64,000 bases of DNA from an uncultured archaeon (GTDB lineage Archaea; Thermoproteota; Bathyarchaeia; Bathyarchaeales; Bathycorpusculaceae): positions 224,001 through 288,000 of the forward strand of contig CAWALK010000022.1 in assembly GCA_963782915.1 (NCBI GenBank), in the 5' to 3' direction. Every line of letters begins with the position of its first letter. Position 1 is the stretch's first letter. Below, in pieces: positions 33,193-44,070 of the stretch. The notes below the pieces were generated by a model. That model saw only the letters and a list, made by a program, of their open reading frames with translations, did not search any database and was not told the origin of the DNA. The translations under genes were made by a program, and so were the position numbers.

Positions 33193-35224
33193 TTAAGTCT
33201 TCTTTAAGCAACCTTCCCGCGGCTCATAAACCGTTCCTTCACGCAGCAGTTGGCTAATCATGCGTTCGATTTCGCCTTTAGGAATCTTATGCTTAGTCTC
33301 CAATTCGTTGACTAATGCGTCGCGTTCTACGATGCCCGTTACTTTCTCCATATCCATGATGGTTGAGATAACGATTCCTAATCTGTCGCGGATGCTCTTG
33401 GGGCGGCCAGTCATGATTAAGTCAATGTCAACTTTGTAGTTGGATAAGTCGATGCCGACTTCTTCAAGCGACCGCTTCATGATGATAATGGCTGCTTCCG
33501 CATCTTCAGCAGTAACAGTGCTACGCAACGCAACACGTGCCCTGGCTTCCGCGATTCGGACAAGCGATTCAAGCTGACGCGCAGTAATAGCAACAGGTGA
33601 ACCTTCGGTTTCGCTGGCTGAACGCATCGCCAAATAGAAATCACTAAGCTTTTTCATTGCATCTTCGCTGAGTTCAGGCTTAACAGTTTTAGCAAAACTA
33701 ACATATTTCCGCAACAACTCCGCATCAACACTAGCTTCGACTGGGCTTCTGCCACGTCGGTGAATTTCCAGAATGTGCCGCGTCATTTTAGCGTCGGAAT
33801 CTTTGCTGGGAACATCTCGAAGCACGAAAATTAAGTCAAAACGTGAAAGGATAGTGACTGGTAACGAAATGTTTTCTGCCACAGTTCGGTTGGGTTCATA
33901 TCTGCCCAAAGAGGGGTTGGCTGCTGCTAACACTGCGGTTCGGGCGTTTAGGGTGGCGACGATGCCTCCTTTAGCGACGGAAACGGTGTGTTGTTCCATG
34001 GCTTCGTGGATGGCAACTCGGTCTTCAGGGCGCATTTTGTCCATTTCGTCGATGCAGGCAATGCCTTTGTCGGCTAAGACGAGTGCTCCTGCTTCGAGAC
34101 TCATGCTGCCGCCTTTCTCGCGGACGACGGCGGCGGTTAAACCTGCAGCGGTGGTTCCTCTGCCCGAAGTATAGAGGCCTCTTGGCGCAATTTTTGAAAC
34201 ATACTGGAGTAACTGTGATTTGGCTGTACCTGGGTCACCGATGATGAGTGCGTTCATTTCGCCCCTCACAGTCATGTCTGGGAGAGCTTCTGGATACTCC
34301 TCCAAAGAGTAGGTACATTACTGCTTCTTTGAGGTGCTCGTTTCCAAAGATGGAGGGTGCAATGGAAGTCATGATTTTTTTGTGCACTAAGGGATCTCTG
34401 GATAATTCGAGGATTTTTGCTTCCTCTTCTGGAGTGGGCGGTGAAGTTTCAGGTTCTTTACCCAATACTTCTATGGAGTTAGCGTCTAATTGGAGGATGA
34501 ATGTGCGTAGTTTACCCATTCCCTGCAGGGAAGGCGCGAAGGCGCGTACGATGCCAACTATGGAAACGTGGTCTCCTGGGCGTGCGACGTCAACTATTTC
34601 GTCGCCGATCAACTTGACCGCTAACATTCGTGGAAGCTGTCCTGGCGGGAGGTCTTCGGGTTTTTCTTGCAATCGAAGGTCTTGTGAGTCGATGAATGAT
34701 GATTCTTCTTGTGAGAATTCGAATGGGCCGTCTCTGCCGCAGTCTGGTGCCATGCAGATTGAGGGTGCTTTGAGGAATTGGCCGTTTTGGTCAACTTGGT
34801 TCATGGTGCCACAGCGTTTGCATTTGAACGCGGCGATTTGAACCATAGGCCGGACAGGTGTAGCTCGGACAACGATGCCTTCGACCATGACAAGTTTAGT
34901 CATGTTTCTGGAGCCGAGTTTACGCAACTGCTCTTTGCCCAGAAGCTTTACGATTCGAACGATGATTTTCTCGATTTTCTCTGCATATTCAGAATCTTCA
35001 ATGCGTAACTGTTCATAGGCGCCTTTAGCTGCATGCAACAGAAACTCTTCAGGCTTAGCCAAAAGCCTCTCTGAAAGTGCCAAGTCAAATCCGTAGAGTT
35101 CCTCAAAATCGATAGTTAACGAGTTTCTGCCGCTAATCGCTAGTTGCGCTATGCGTTGACGATACTTTTCTTTCTTGAAGAATTCTTGAAAACGCTGAGT
35201 TGGCTCTACAGCTTCGAGACTCAT
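33193..35224 (-). CDS. mcm: Replicative helicase MCM (frameshift near 34290)
   Basis: Zinc finger; GDPGTAKSQLL, IDEMDKM, SRFD arginine finger; no intein. Confidence 0.97.
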
Positions 35225-35783
35225 TGTTTGTCAACTCCGTTTTCCAAGATTTTAGCTTTCCATTCAGAGATTATTTTTACAAGTTGGTCATAAACGATTT
35301 TTTCTTCGGTGGTTAATTTTTTGAGGACCTGTTCACCCTGGGACGGTGCAGCAGAGAGGGCGACGATTTTTTTTAGGCGGGAATTCACTATGTCGCGTGC
35401 TAACTGTTTTGTGCGGTCATATTCCTGGAATTTCTCGGATTCCTGGGTTTGGGTTGCTTGGTCTTTTAGGTCTAATAGGAATCTGCGTAGTTTAGGGTAG
35501 AAATCGCCCTGTAACTCGCTGATTTGCCCGGAATCTGCACGCCTTCCTTCCATTGTGCTTTGAATAGTCTGGTGGCGTCCAAGACGTCGTCTTCACGGAA
35601 ATGCACCATAGCGGCGGAGGCGAGTTCTTTTGCTACCCAAAAATAAATTTCGTATTCGTTACCTTCGTCGAAGGGGCCAACGGTTAATCCTGCCAATTTG
35701 ATTTCTGGGCAGTTGCGGTTTGCAACAATTTTTACCATAGAATTCTCGAAACAAAAGTCTAAGGTATGTATTTTTGCCGCCAA
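35221..35783 (-). CDS. gins23: GINS complex subunit Gins23 (frameshift near 35530)
   Basis: B-domain GPF..WVAKEL then A-domain DFYPKLR..RLKKIV..EEK; immediately upstream of mcm. Confidence 0.85.
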
Positions 35784-35961
35784 CGCTGTTGTCCCTCTCT
35801 AGTTAGTTCCCTTTCGGGGTTCAAAACATATGGTGGTAGAGCGTTTAAGCCTTGCTAGGCAAATCAAAACTTATGAACTGTTGAACTCTAATGCTGTCTG
35901 GGCACCTATAATCCCTTATTTATGGTGGTTGCACTTGTTTTGTGTTGTTTTCTAGTATAGT

Positions 35962-35998
35962 AGTTGTTGCCGAAAAGCCCCTATACACAACAACAACC
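35962..35998 (-). repeat. REP-like hairpin repeat, copy 3 (divergent)
   Basis: Reverse complement GGTTGTTGTTGTGTATAGGGGCTTTTCGGCAACAACT. Confidence 0.55.
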
Positions 35999-36224
35999 GC
36001 AGCCAACGGATTGCGCTGTAACGTCTGTTTTGATGTTGGCTGCTTTTTGCGTTTCTAGATTGGTTGTGGTTGATTCTGCAAGCAAATGCGCTTTGTGTGT
36101 TTGGGGGATGCTTTTGTATACGGCAGCTACGCTATCGTGGAATAAATATAAAAAAGCCAACTTCAAGTGGTGGACAGTTAAGACTTAACTAAAAACAAAA
36201 AAAGAAAAAAGCTGATTAAGCTTT

Positions 36225-37565
36225 TTAGAGAACGCCTTGGTCTAGCATCGAGTCAGCTACTTTTATGAAGCCGCCGATGTTTGCGCCGTTGACGTAGTTC
36301 ACGAAGTCGCCATCCTTGCCATATTTGACACATGTGGCGTGGATTGCTTTCATGATGTTGTGTAGTCTTTCGTCAACTTCCTCTCTGGTCCAGGATAAAC
36401 GTTCGCTGTTTTGAGACATTTCAAGACCTGAGGTTGCTACTCCGCCTGCGTTTGCTGCTTTGCCTGGTGCAAACAAGACTTTGGCTTTGATGAAGACTTC
36501 GACGCCTTCTGGTGTAGTTGGCATGTTTGCGCCTTCAGCGACACAGAAGCATCCGTTCTTTACAAGGAGTTTTGCATCGTCGCCGCTGACTTCGTTTTGT
36601 GTTGCGCATGGTAATGCAACTTGGCATTTTATGCCCCATGGGCGTTTGCCTGCAAGGTATTCGGCGCTCTTGTATTTCTTTGTGTATTCGCTTATGCGTC
36701 CGCGTTTGTTGTTCTTTAAGTCCATGACAAATGCTAGTTTGTCTGCATCTATGCCGTCTTTGTCGTAGATTGTTCCGTCAGAGTCAGATAATGTTACGAC
36801 TTTGCCGCCTAGTTGGGTTACTTTTTCAACTGCGTATTGGGCAACGTTGCCTGAACCTGAGATGCATACGATTTTGCCTTTGAATGATTCTTTGCGGGTT
36901 TTTAGCATTTCATCAGCGAAGTATGTGCAACCATAGCCTGTGGCTTCTGGTCTGATGAGTGATCCACCCCAGTTGAGGGCTTTGCCTGTTAAGACGCCGG
37001 TGAATTCGTTGCGTAGTTTCTTGTATTGGCCGAACATGAAGCCGATTTCTCTTCCGCCTACGCCGATGTCGCCTGCTGGAACGTCGGTGTTTGGTCCGAT
37101 GTGGCGTTGTAGTTCAGTCATGAATGCTTGGCAGAAACGCATAACTTCAGCGTCGCTTTTGCCTTTTGGATCAAAGTCTGATCCGCCTTTTGCGCCGCCC
37201 ATTGGCAGAGTGGTTAATGAGTTCTTGAAGACTTGTTCGAATGCTAAGAATTTGAGTATGCTCATGTTGACTGTTGGGTGTAAGCGTAAGCCGCCTTTGT
37301 ATGGGCCGATTGCGCCGTTCATTTGGATACGGAAGCCTCTGTTAACTTTGACTTCGCCTTTGTCGTTAACCCAAGTTACTCTGAACGTGATGAAGCGTTC
37401 GGGTTCAACAATCCGTTCTAGAATGTTTGCTGCTTGATATTGTGGGTTTTTCTGGATAACTGGCCAGATGGATTCCATAACTTCCAAAACTGCTTGGTGG
37501 AATTCAGGTTGGCCGGGGTTTTTCTCTTTGACATAATTCATGAATTCTTCAACAGAATTGTACAA
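36225..37565 (-). CDS. gdhA: NADP-specific glutamate dehydrogenase
   Basis: GPYKGGLR, GGAKGG, DVPAGDIGVG, RPEATGYG, SGSGNVA. Confidence 0.97.
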   Translation of the reverse strand: MYNSVEEFMNYVKEKNPGQPEFHQAVLEVMESIWPVIQKNPQYQAANILERIVEPERFITFRVTWVNDKGEVKVNRGFRIQMNGAIGPYKGGLRLHPTVNMSILKFLAFEQVFKNSLTTLPMGGAKGGSDFDPKGKSDAEVMRFCQAFMTELQRHIGPNTDVPAGDIGVGGREIGFMFGQYKKLRNEFTGVLTGKALNWGGSLIRPEATGYGCTYFADEMLKTRKESFKGKIVCISGSGNVAQYAVEKVTQLGGKVVTLSDSDGTIYDKDGIDADKLAFVMDLKNNKRGRISEYTKKYKSAEYLAGKRPWGIKCQVALPCATQNEVSGDDAKLLVKNGCFCVAEGANMPTTPEGVEVFIKAKVLFAPGKAANAGGVATSGLEMSQNSERLSWTREEVDERLHNIMKAIHATCVKYGKDGDFVNYVNGANIGGFIKVADSMLDQGVL

Positions 37566-37775
37566 TCGATTTCCCTCTTTAGTTGCACATTTGTTTAGTT
37601 GAATGCTCGACTTTGTTATTTAATAGTACTCAATATATAACATGTGTAAGAAAAGGCATCTGACTGCTCGGTAAATGAAACATGTGTCGATTGAATATAA
37701 ATACCCATGAACGATTCATCCAGCCATCCATGGTAAACCATTTACATTTAACCGCTAAAACAGCTAAACAACCGT

Positions 37776-38114
37776 CTAAAACTTCGTTAAATACTCCTCA
37801 AACTGTTTCCTATCCCGCAGACACTGTGGACAGACACAGCTAAACGGCAGATTCTTCGTTGTACACATGTCAAAATAGTTGCATCCCTTACATGGAAACG
37901 CTTTGCCACAGCGGATGCAGTTCTGCTGAAAAACCACTTCATCCCCCAAGATGTCGCTTACGGCGTCGATTACTGCTTCGATGTTGTTATAGCTTTTAAT
38001 CGAATACAAGTAGGTGTTGCGGTCGTAATCTAACCCCAAGTGAATCAAGTTTACGAATTTTTCTTTGTCCAGCCGAGGAAGCTTAAACCCTTTACTATTC
38101 AAAACAATAGTCAT
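37776..38114 (-). CDS. Cys-rich hypothetical protein downstream of rfcL
   Basis: CxxC-x4-CxxC-x5-C-x7-CxCxxC; 6 nt after the rfcL stop. Confidence 0.7.
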   Translation of the reverse strand: MTIVLNSKGFKLPRLDKEKFVNLIHLGLDYDRNTYLYSIKSYNNIEAVIDAVSDILGDEVVFQQNCIRCGKAFPCKGCNYFDMCTTKNLPFSCVCPQCLRDRKQFEEYLTKF

Positions 38115-38119
38115 AGCAC

Positions 38120-39361
38120 TCAGTACCTGCCCATTTTTACCAAGAAATCGACTTCTTCAGGAGTAAACTTGAACCAAGCTATAAGTGGACTTTTAGGTTT
38201 CTTCTGCAGAATCGCCTTTATGTAGGGTACAAAATCGTGTTTTGCAATGCTATGTGATACGTGGCATTGTGCCCCGATTTTTCCGCAGATAGTGTCAAGC
38301 ATGGTGCGTTTGCCCTTCGTCCAGAACAATGTCATAATGCGTATTGGCGGGGTGATGAATGTGAAGGGTTTGCAGGATTGGGGGTTGACTGCGGAGGCTT
38401 CGGCTAGGGCGTTGAAGAAGTATTTGAGGAGGTGCCAGTTTTCTGTGCCGATTCTGCCTCGGAACAGGTCAGCGCGGGACACGAAATCGTATGCTTTCGC
38501 AAGTTCGGTTGGGTCTGTGTAGCGTTTTGGCAGGTTGTCACTTACTGAAAGCAGGAAATCGTCATAGTCTATGCTTGAGTAGCTGAGTAAACTTGAGGTT
38601 TCACCGATAGACTGCGCCGTAAAATACCGCCGCAAGGTTTCGTCCATGCTGATGTCTCTGTTGCGGCTACTCAGCATCATAGTATCCTGCAAGGTTAAGG
38701 AATGGTTTTCTTCGCTCAGGCTTTGCAAGTCGTTTATGGCTGAGCGTACGTCGCCTTTGCTGTTCTGGGCAATACGTTCCAACGCCTCAAACTCTGCTTT
38801 CACATGCTCCAGCAAACAAATCTTCTGCAGTAGCGCGATGATGAGTGGGATGCGGACTTGCTGAAAACGCACAAGCAAACAAACCTTTTTGAGCGGTCGC
38901 AATTTCTCGATGTCGGGGTCGTTGGCAGCCATAATCACCGGAACAAGCGATTTCTCGACGATTTCAATTATTGCGCTAACGCCGCCTCTGTCTTCGTTGC
39001 CAGCTATGCCGTCAACTTCGTCGAGGAATAAAACGTTGCCGAGGGTTTTGGGTCCACCGGAAAAATTATCCAGTGACCTGTAGGATGTGGCGGGTTTTGC
39101 GACGGCGTTGATTGCTTTTTCTGAGCGGGTGTCGCTGGCGTTCATCTCGATAACTGAAAACCCTAACTCCCTCGATGCAGCCAAAACCAACGCGGTTTTG
39201 CCCACGCCGGGCGGACCATAGAGGAGCACCGCTTTTTTGGTGTGCTTCTTATTTTTTAGCCACTCAAGAAACAGAGCTTTAGCTTCATCGTTACCTGTTA
39301 TATCTTCGATTTTTTTTGGGCGATACTTTTCTACCCAGAGTAGGTTATTTTGCTGGAGCAT
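38120..39361 (-). CDS. rfcL: Replication factor C large subunit
   Basis: WVEKYRP, GPPGVGKT, EMNASD, LDEVDG, GDVRSAINDL. Confidence 0.95.
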   Translation of the reverse strand: MLQQNNLLWVEKYRPKKIEDITGNDEAKALFLEWLKNKKHTKKAVLLYGPPGVGKTALVLAASRELGFSVIEMNASDTRSEKAINAVAKPATSYRSLDNFSGGPKTLGNVLFLDEVDGIAGNEDRGGVSAIIEIVEKSLVPVIMAANDPDIEKLRPLKKVCLLVRFQQVRIPLIIALLQKICLLEHVKAEFEALERIAQNSKGDVRSAINDLQSLSEENHSLTLQDTMMLSSRNRDISMDETLRRYFTAQSIGETSSLLSYSSIDYDDFLLSVSDNLPKRYTDPTELAKAYDFVSRADLFRGRIGTENWHLLKYFFNALAEASAVNPQSCKPFTFITPPIRIMTLFWTKGKRTMLDTICGKIGAQCHVSHSIAKHDFVPYIKAILQKKPKSPLIAWFKFTPEEVDFLVKMGRY

Positions 39362-40373
39362 AATTTTCCTCTATACCCTTCCCAAACTTGGCCAGTTGAG
39401 CCAGAAGCGCGCTGAGTTGGATGTCGGTGTTTGCGCCTTCTGTTAAGCGGAAATCGTATTCGCCGATTACTCCTGAGATGTCGGCTTTCTGTTCGGGGGT
39501 GAGGTCACTCATCTTAAAGATTTCACGTTGGATTTGGCGTATGATTTCTGTGCCCGAGAAGCCAAAAGATCCCATTATGTCGTACATGACTTTTCTTGCT
39601 TCCATAAAGTCGCCGTAGAGTGCTTTGCGAATCATTTTCTGCACTTGGCTGGGGCTGGCTTCGCCGATTACTAGTGACACGGTTTTTTCGTCTATGATGC
39701 CTTCCTTGTAGGCTGAAGCGGTTTGCAGCGCGTTTATGGCGTGTCGTAGGTCGCCTTCGGAGAATTCAACGATTCTGTCTGCTGCTTCGGGGAGTAGGGT
39801 GTAGTTTTCTTTTTTTGCGAGGGTGATGAGGTGTTCTTTCATGGCTTGGCGGTCTACGCGGCTGAAGCGGAATATTGCGCATCGGCTTTGGATGGGTTCG
39901 ATGATTTTGCTTGATTGGTTGCAGATGAGGATGAAGCGTGATGTGCGGGAACCGATTTCCATGATGCGGCGCAGTGCGGTTTGGGCTGGGCCGGTCATTT
40001 GGTCGCATTCGTCAAGGATGATGAGGGCGAATGGGATGGCTTCGCCGAAGCCAGTGCGGCTGTAGCGGCTGAAGTCTTTGATGCGGTCGCTGACGGTGTC
40101 GATGCCACGCTCATCCGAGGCATTCAATTCTAATGTGAAGCTTTTCCAGTTCGGCCCATACAATGTGTGGGCGATGGCGAGTGCAAGAGTGGTTTTACCC
40201 GTACCTGGAACACCTGCAAACATTAGGTGCGGCATAGTCTTTGGATTCTTCATGAATGCCTTTAGGCTGTCAACTATGTCTTTTAAACCGACGACTTCGT
40301 CAAGCGTTTTTGGGCGGTACTTCTCAACCCACATAAGTGCATCTTCGGATACTGCCATTAACGATACTTCCAC
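39345..40373 (-). CDS. rfcS: Replication factor C small subunit
   Basis: WVEKYRP, GVPGTGKT, ELNASDERG, LDECD, IQSRC. Confidence 0.96.
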   Translation of the reverse strand: MEVSLMAVSEDALMWVEKYRPKTLDEVVGLKDIVDSLKAFMKNPKTMPHLMFAGVPGTGKTTLALAIAHTLYGPNWKSFTLELNASDERGIDTVSDRIKDFSRYSRTGFGEAIPFALIILDECDQMTGPAQTALRRIMEIGSRTSRFILICNQSSKIIEPIQSRCAIFRFSRVDRQAMKEHLITLAKKENYTLLPEAADRIVEFSEGDLRHAINALQTASAYKEGIIDEKTVSLVIGEASPSQVQKMIRKALYGDFMEARKVMYDIMGSFGFSGTEIIRQIQREIFKMSDLTPEQKADISGVIGEYDFRLTEGANTDIQLSALLAQLAKFGKGIEENYAPAK

Positions 40374-40448
40374 AAGTAAATTACTTAGAATAACCTTTGG
40401 CGTAATTAATTTAACTTTTCTGTAGGCGCTCGGCTAGATTCAGGGTTA

Positions 40449-40585
40449 GTTTTTCTAGTAGTAGAGAAGGCGGAGAGCCCTCTATACTCTTCTTCTTCCT
40501 AGTGGGTTTGGCATGGCGACTGTTTTTCGTGTCTGCGTCTGGTTTAGGTTGCAGGTTGGTTGAGGAGCAAACTACAGGCAGAACC
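40449..40585. repeat. Approximately 135-bp degenerate direct repeat, copy A (copy B at 49063-49195)
   Basis: Shared blocks GGCGG, CTATACTCTTCTTC, TTGGC.TGGCG.CTG.TTTTC, TCTGCGT, TTGCA.G.TGGTTG. Confidence 0.7.
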
Positions 40586-40910
40586 AAAGTCAACATATCA
40601 CGTGCCTATTGTTTTAGCGTTGACCCCATATCCATATCGAAGGGTCTTTGTGCTAGTAGTAGTATAGTCTTCATAAAGACAAATTGCGGTGATCTAGCGC
40701 TCCATTTTTGGCAAACCTTAAAAGACCACAGCTAATTACCGATTACTTAGATAGAAGTGTTCAAAATGAAACACCCGTTTTTTTAATTCAATCCTAACAG
40801 CTCTACCAACTTCTCGCAACGACCAACCCCTAACCCTGAAGCTCACATCTCATATGGGCAACCGAAGAAAAATCTGATAACAACCGCTTTTTTCTAAAAC
40901 CATAAATACT

Positions 40911-40932
40911 TGTAAACATAAAGTTGTTTACA
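40911..40932. promoter_or_regulatory. Perfect inverted-repeat operator TGTAAACA-N6-TGTTTACA
   Basis: Lies between a TATA-like element (CATAAATA, 40901-40908) and the ATG at 40942. Confidence 0.75.
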
Positions 40933-40941
40933 GGTGTTGTC

Positions 40942-41425
40942 ATGAGCCTAAACTGCATCGCCTCGCCCCTAAGCCAAAGCCAAAAAACCATCTGGGCACT
41001 CCTCAGGCACAGGCCACACAGTAGCCAACATAGCAGAAAAACTAAAAACCACACGCCAATACGTCAACCAAACCCGCCTCACCACCCAAACCAAACTAGC
41101 CACCACACTACTCGAAGTCGCAGCCGTCAACGAACTCCAAGTCACCAAACTCAACCCCCAACAAGCCATCCTACTCGGCTACCACCCCGGGCTCCAAAAG
41201 AAAGCTATCATCACCTACACCACCAGCCACGGCCTAAAAGTCTGGTACTGGCACGACAACCCAGAAGAAATCACCGACACAGCATTCCTGAACCAAACAA
41301 GGCAATACCTGATTGACATCGCCAAAGAAAGAGGAATAGAAATCGAAGGCTGGGAAAAAATCCATCCAGCAAAACTGGCGCATATGGTTTTTAGCAAGTT
41401 AATCCCGGAGTTAACCAACCAATGA
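40942..41425 (+). CDS. Putative DNA-binding regulator (N-terminal HTH; frameshift near 41008; not in the ORF track as one ORF)
   Basis: SQSQKTIW..GHTVANIAEKLKTTRQYVNQ HTH; C-terminal AILLGYHPGL..TYTTSHGLKVWYW..AKERGI; stop overlaps the next ATG (ATGA). Confidence 0.75.
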
Positions 41426-42149
41426 ACACCAAAAGAAGTCTACAGAATCGAATCAGAGGATGGTATCCGCAAGAACCCGCATTAAGCATTATAAAAAACG
41501 CCAGTTCAAAGATGAAAAGAAGAATGACAACTGGGCCCTATGCCCATACTTGGTACCGGGAGCTTTAATGATTTTTGCAGCCCTATTATCAGCAAACTTT
41601 GGACTAACCCTTGTATCCGTGTATGTACAAGGATTTCCTGCAGGAGACACCGTTTTTTACTCAGGTCTCTACATTGGAATCTTGAGCGTAAGCGGGTTTA
41701 TTTTAGGATTAATCTGCGGAGGTCTCCTGTTAGCGGGAAAGCGCATACACATAGCGGTAACAGGCATAGCTATAATATTCTGTTTTGGGCTTGCGACGAT
41801 CATTTTACCAACATTGGAGGGCTTAGGATGGACGAGCGGTTTAATTGTGGCTTCGCCAATGATTGCCTTTCCTGTTATATCGTTAATCCAAGTAGGATTA
41901 AATTCTAAGAAGCTCAAAGCATATAACGCCATTCAGGAACCTAAGCTAACAATCGAAGTGGAATCGCCAATCAATCGAAGACCGGTGGCCGCTGGATTAG
42001 GCGCTGCTGGTTGCGGATTCATCTTAGTAGGATTACTAGTATATTTTATGGCACCCATATTCCCCGGAATGATAAATTCAATTCTGATTGTCACAGGGGT
42101 TTGCTTACTTGTGGTAGCGTACCTCGAAAAGAGAACATACAAACACTGA
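41422..42149 (+). CDS. Membrane protein 1 of the array, N-terminal RIRGWYPQEP (frameshift near 41500-41550)
   Basis: MNTKRSLQNRIRGWYPQEP from the ATG at 41422; about six TMs in the 41460 frame. Confidence 0.75.
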
Positions 42150-42161
42150 GGCATATAACCG

Positions 42162-42425
42162 ATGAGAAGAACAGAGCCACCGTGTATAGAGACAAAAGCT
42201 AAATTGGACAAGAAAATGCGCAAAGCAGGCATGGCTGCGAATTCAGTGTTATACTTGGGGTTTGGGGGCGTCTACTTTTTGGTAGCTCAACCTGCCTATC
42301 ACTATGACGTGAGCTTGGAAGTGACTACTTTGACTTTAACCAGCTTTGTGGTAACGTTAGCTGCCGTTAATTTTGCGATTTATAGACACTACAAACAGCG
42401 AATACTGACTAAAGGGAGGATTTAG
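42162..42425 (+). CDS. Small two-TM membrane protein 2 of the array (no RGWxP motif)
   Basis: Two hydrophobic segments; tightly packed in the operon. Confidence 0.65.
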   Translation: MRRTEPPCIETKAKLDKKMRKAGMAANSVLYLGFGGVYFLVAQPAYHYDVSLEVTTLTLTSFVVTLAAVNFAIYRHYKQRILTKGRI

Positions 42426-42427
42426 AG

Positions 42428-42976
42428 ATGGGGTTAAAGCAGCGTTCAAAAGAATTCTTCAGGGGCTGGTTTCCACAAGAACCGATGTTACCAAGAGGCT
42501 TCACTTCAAACTCATCAAACCTTGAGGGCAATACTCTGCCCACCGAAAAAGAGTTCATGTCTCTTCGATTGCAACACAAAAAAATCTACATTCCCGTTGC
42601 CGCCTTCTTCCTGTCAAGCATGATGCTTTGTCTTTATTTGCTGATTAACCGATTAATCGACGAAGAATTAGCATTCGCAGGTCTGATGACAATTCTAATT
42701 GGGCTGCTTTACAATGGCCTTGCATTGGACGTTTACATAAAGAGAAAAACGGCTCTGCGCGCTACGATTGACAAGATGGTCTTGCCCGTCATCACCAGCG
42801 CAACTCTAGCTATCGCCGGTCTTTGGATTTTAGCCAGTGCAAATCTAGTAAGCTTCAAGGATCTTGCTTTCCCGATTTTAATCATTGGTTTTTCAGTTTA
42901 CGCATATCATTTTATCGTTGATTCTTCGGCTAAATCGAAGATACGTCAGCAAAAGCGAGCGGAGTTACGATTATGA
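42428..42976 (+). CDS. Membrane protein 3 of the array, N-terminal FFRGWFPQEP
   Basis: Motif plus about four TMs; GGGAGG upstream. Confidence 0.8.
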   Translation: MGLKQRSKEFFRGWFPQEPMLPRGFTSNSSNLEGNTLPTEKEFMSLRLQHKKIYIPVAAFFLSSMMLCLYLLINRLIDEELAFAGLMTILIGLLYNGLALDVYIKRKTALRATIDKMVLPVITSATLAIAGLWILASANLVSFKDLAFPILIIGFSVYAYHFIVDSSAKSKIRQQKRAELRL

Positions 42977-44070
42977 ATGAAAAGAAAAACCTGTGGTCGC
43001 ACCTCAGAGGCTGGTTCCCTCAAGAACCAGTTCTAAAAGTTCCTCAGATTCATTTCCTCATAAAACAGTCCAGTAAACCGTGGAATCTGAGCAAAAACAT
43101 CAGTAGTTTCTTTTATGGACAATTATTGCTTGGTTCATTCATCATAAACTTGTTCATGGTTAGTTCAACAAACGAATTTCTTGCCCTTATCTTGTCCTGC
43201 TTCATAGTTGCATTCATTGGGATAACTGTTTACAATTTACGAAAATACCACGGATTACAAGATTTACTCAGCGGCGGTTTGTTTGCAGCGTCTATTGGAG
43301 TAGTAATTGTCAGTGCCTTCCTTTTTTCGCTTAAGACCTTAAGCGCAACGAACAGTATAATATTAGTAATTTTCAGTATGGCTGTTTTTACAATATTATA
43401 TGCTCTGGTACAAAGTGCTGGGAAGATAGGAATACGCCTTCCCCATAAGGCAATGGTTTTTTCTCTTGCTTTAATCGGCATTATCGCTCTCGTGCCATCA
43501 TTATCTGTAGCTTATCATGACGAAGACAAAACCGAAGTAACCCATCAACAAAATATTTTCAGCGAATATTTCAATCTAAGTAGACAACTTCCCGATGAAG
43601 TCGTCAACATCAACTTGACCACCGCTGACAAAATTGAGATTGACATGACCAAACAGCATGGCGCAAACGTAGACTCTTATGCCAGCATTGTTTTTACGGT
43701 TAGTGACCGGAATCTAAGTTCCAGCGCAAAAATCTATTTTTCTTCAAACACCATCGACAGCTGGTTTACTCAAACTTGGACTCCACCCCAAAACGGAACT
43801 TACGTGTTCACCCTTCATTTTAATCATATAGCCTCAAATTACGTTTGGGTAGGTGTAACTAGGGTTTGGTCAACGATTGAAATGAGACCATCGGTGGTTG
43901 CAAGGCCTCTGCTTGCCCAGTTCATGGCACCCACATTGATTCTTGCAGCTGCTTTACTCGCCGCTAGTGTCGCAATTCCAATCCGAAGCCTCAAAGGACC
44001 AAACTTCAGAGGGGCAATTAAGCAGAAATGGAAGGAGACATGGTTGCAATGGAAAAAAAGCTATTTCTAA
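42973..44070 (+). CDS. Membrane protein 4 of the array, N-terminal HLRGWFPQEP, with an extracellular beta domain
   Basis: Motif, about five TMs, a soluble region (WTPPQNGTYVFTL), C-terminal TM. Confidence 0.8.
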   Translation: MNEKKNLWSHLRGWFPQEPVLKVPQIHFLIKQSSKPWNLSKNISSFFYGQLLLGSFIINLFMVSSTNEFLALILSCFIVAFIGITVYNLRKYHGLQDLLSGGLFAASIGVVIVSAFLFSLKTLSATNSIILVIFSMAVFTILYALVQSAGKIGIRLPHKAMVFSLALIGIIALVPSLSVAYHDEDKTEVTHQQNIFSEYFNLSRQLPDEVVNINLTTADKIEIDMTKQHGANVDSYASIVFTVSDRNLSSSAKIYFSSNTIDSWFTQTWTPPQNGTYVFTLHFNHIASNYVWVGVTRVWSTIEMRPSVVARPLLAQFMAPTLILAAALLAASVAIPIRSLKGPNFRGAIKQKWKETWLQWKKSYF

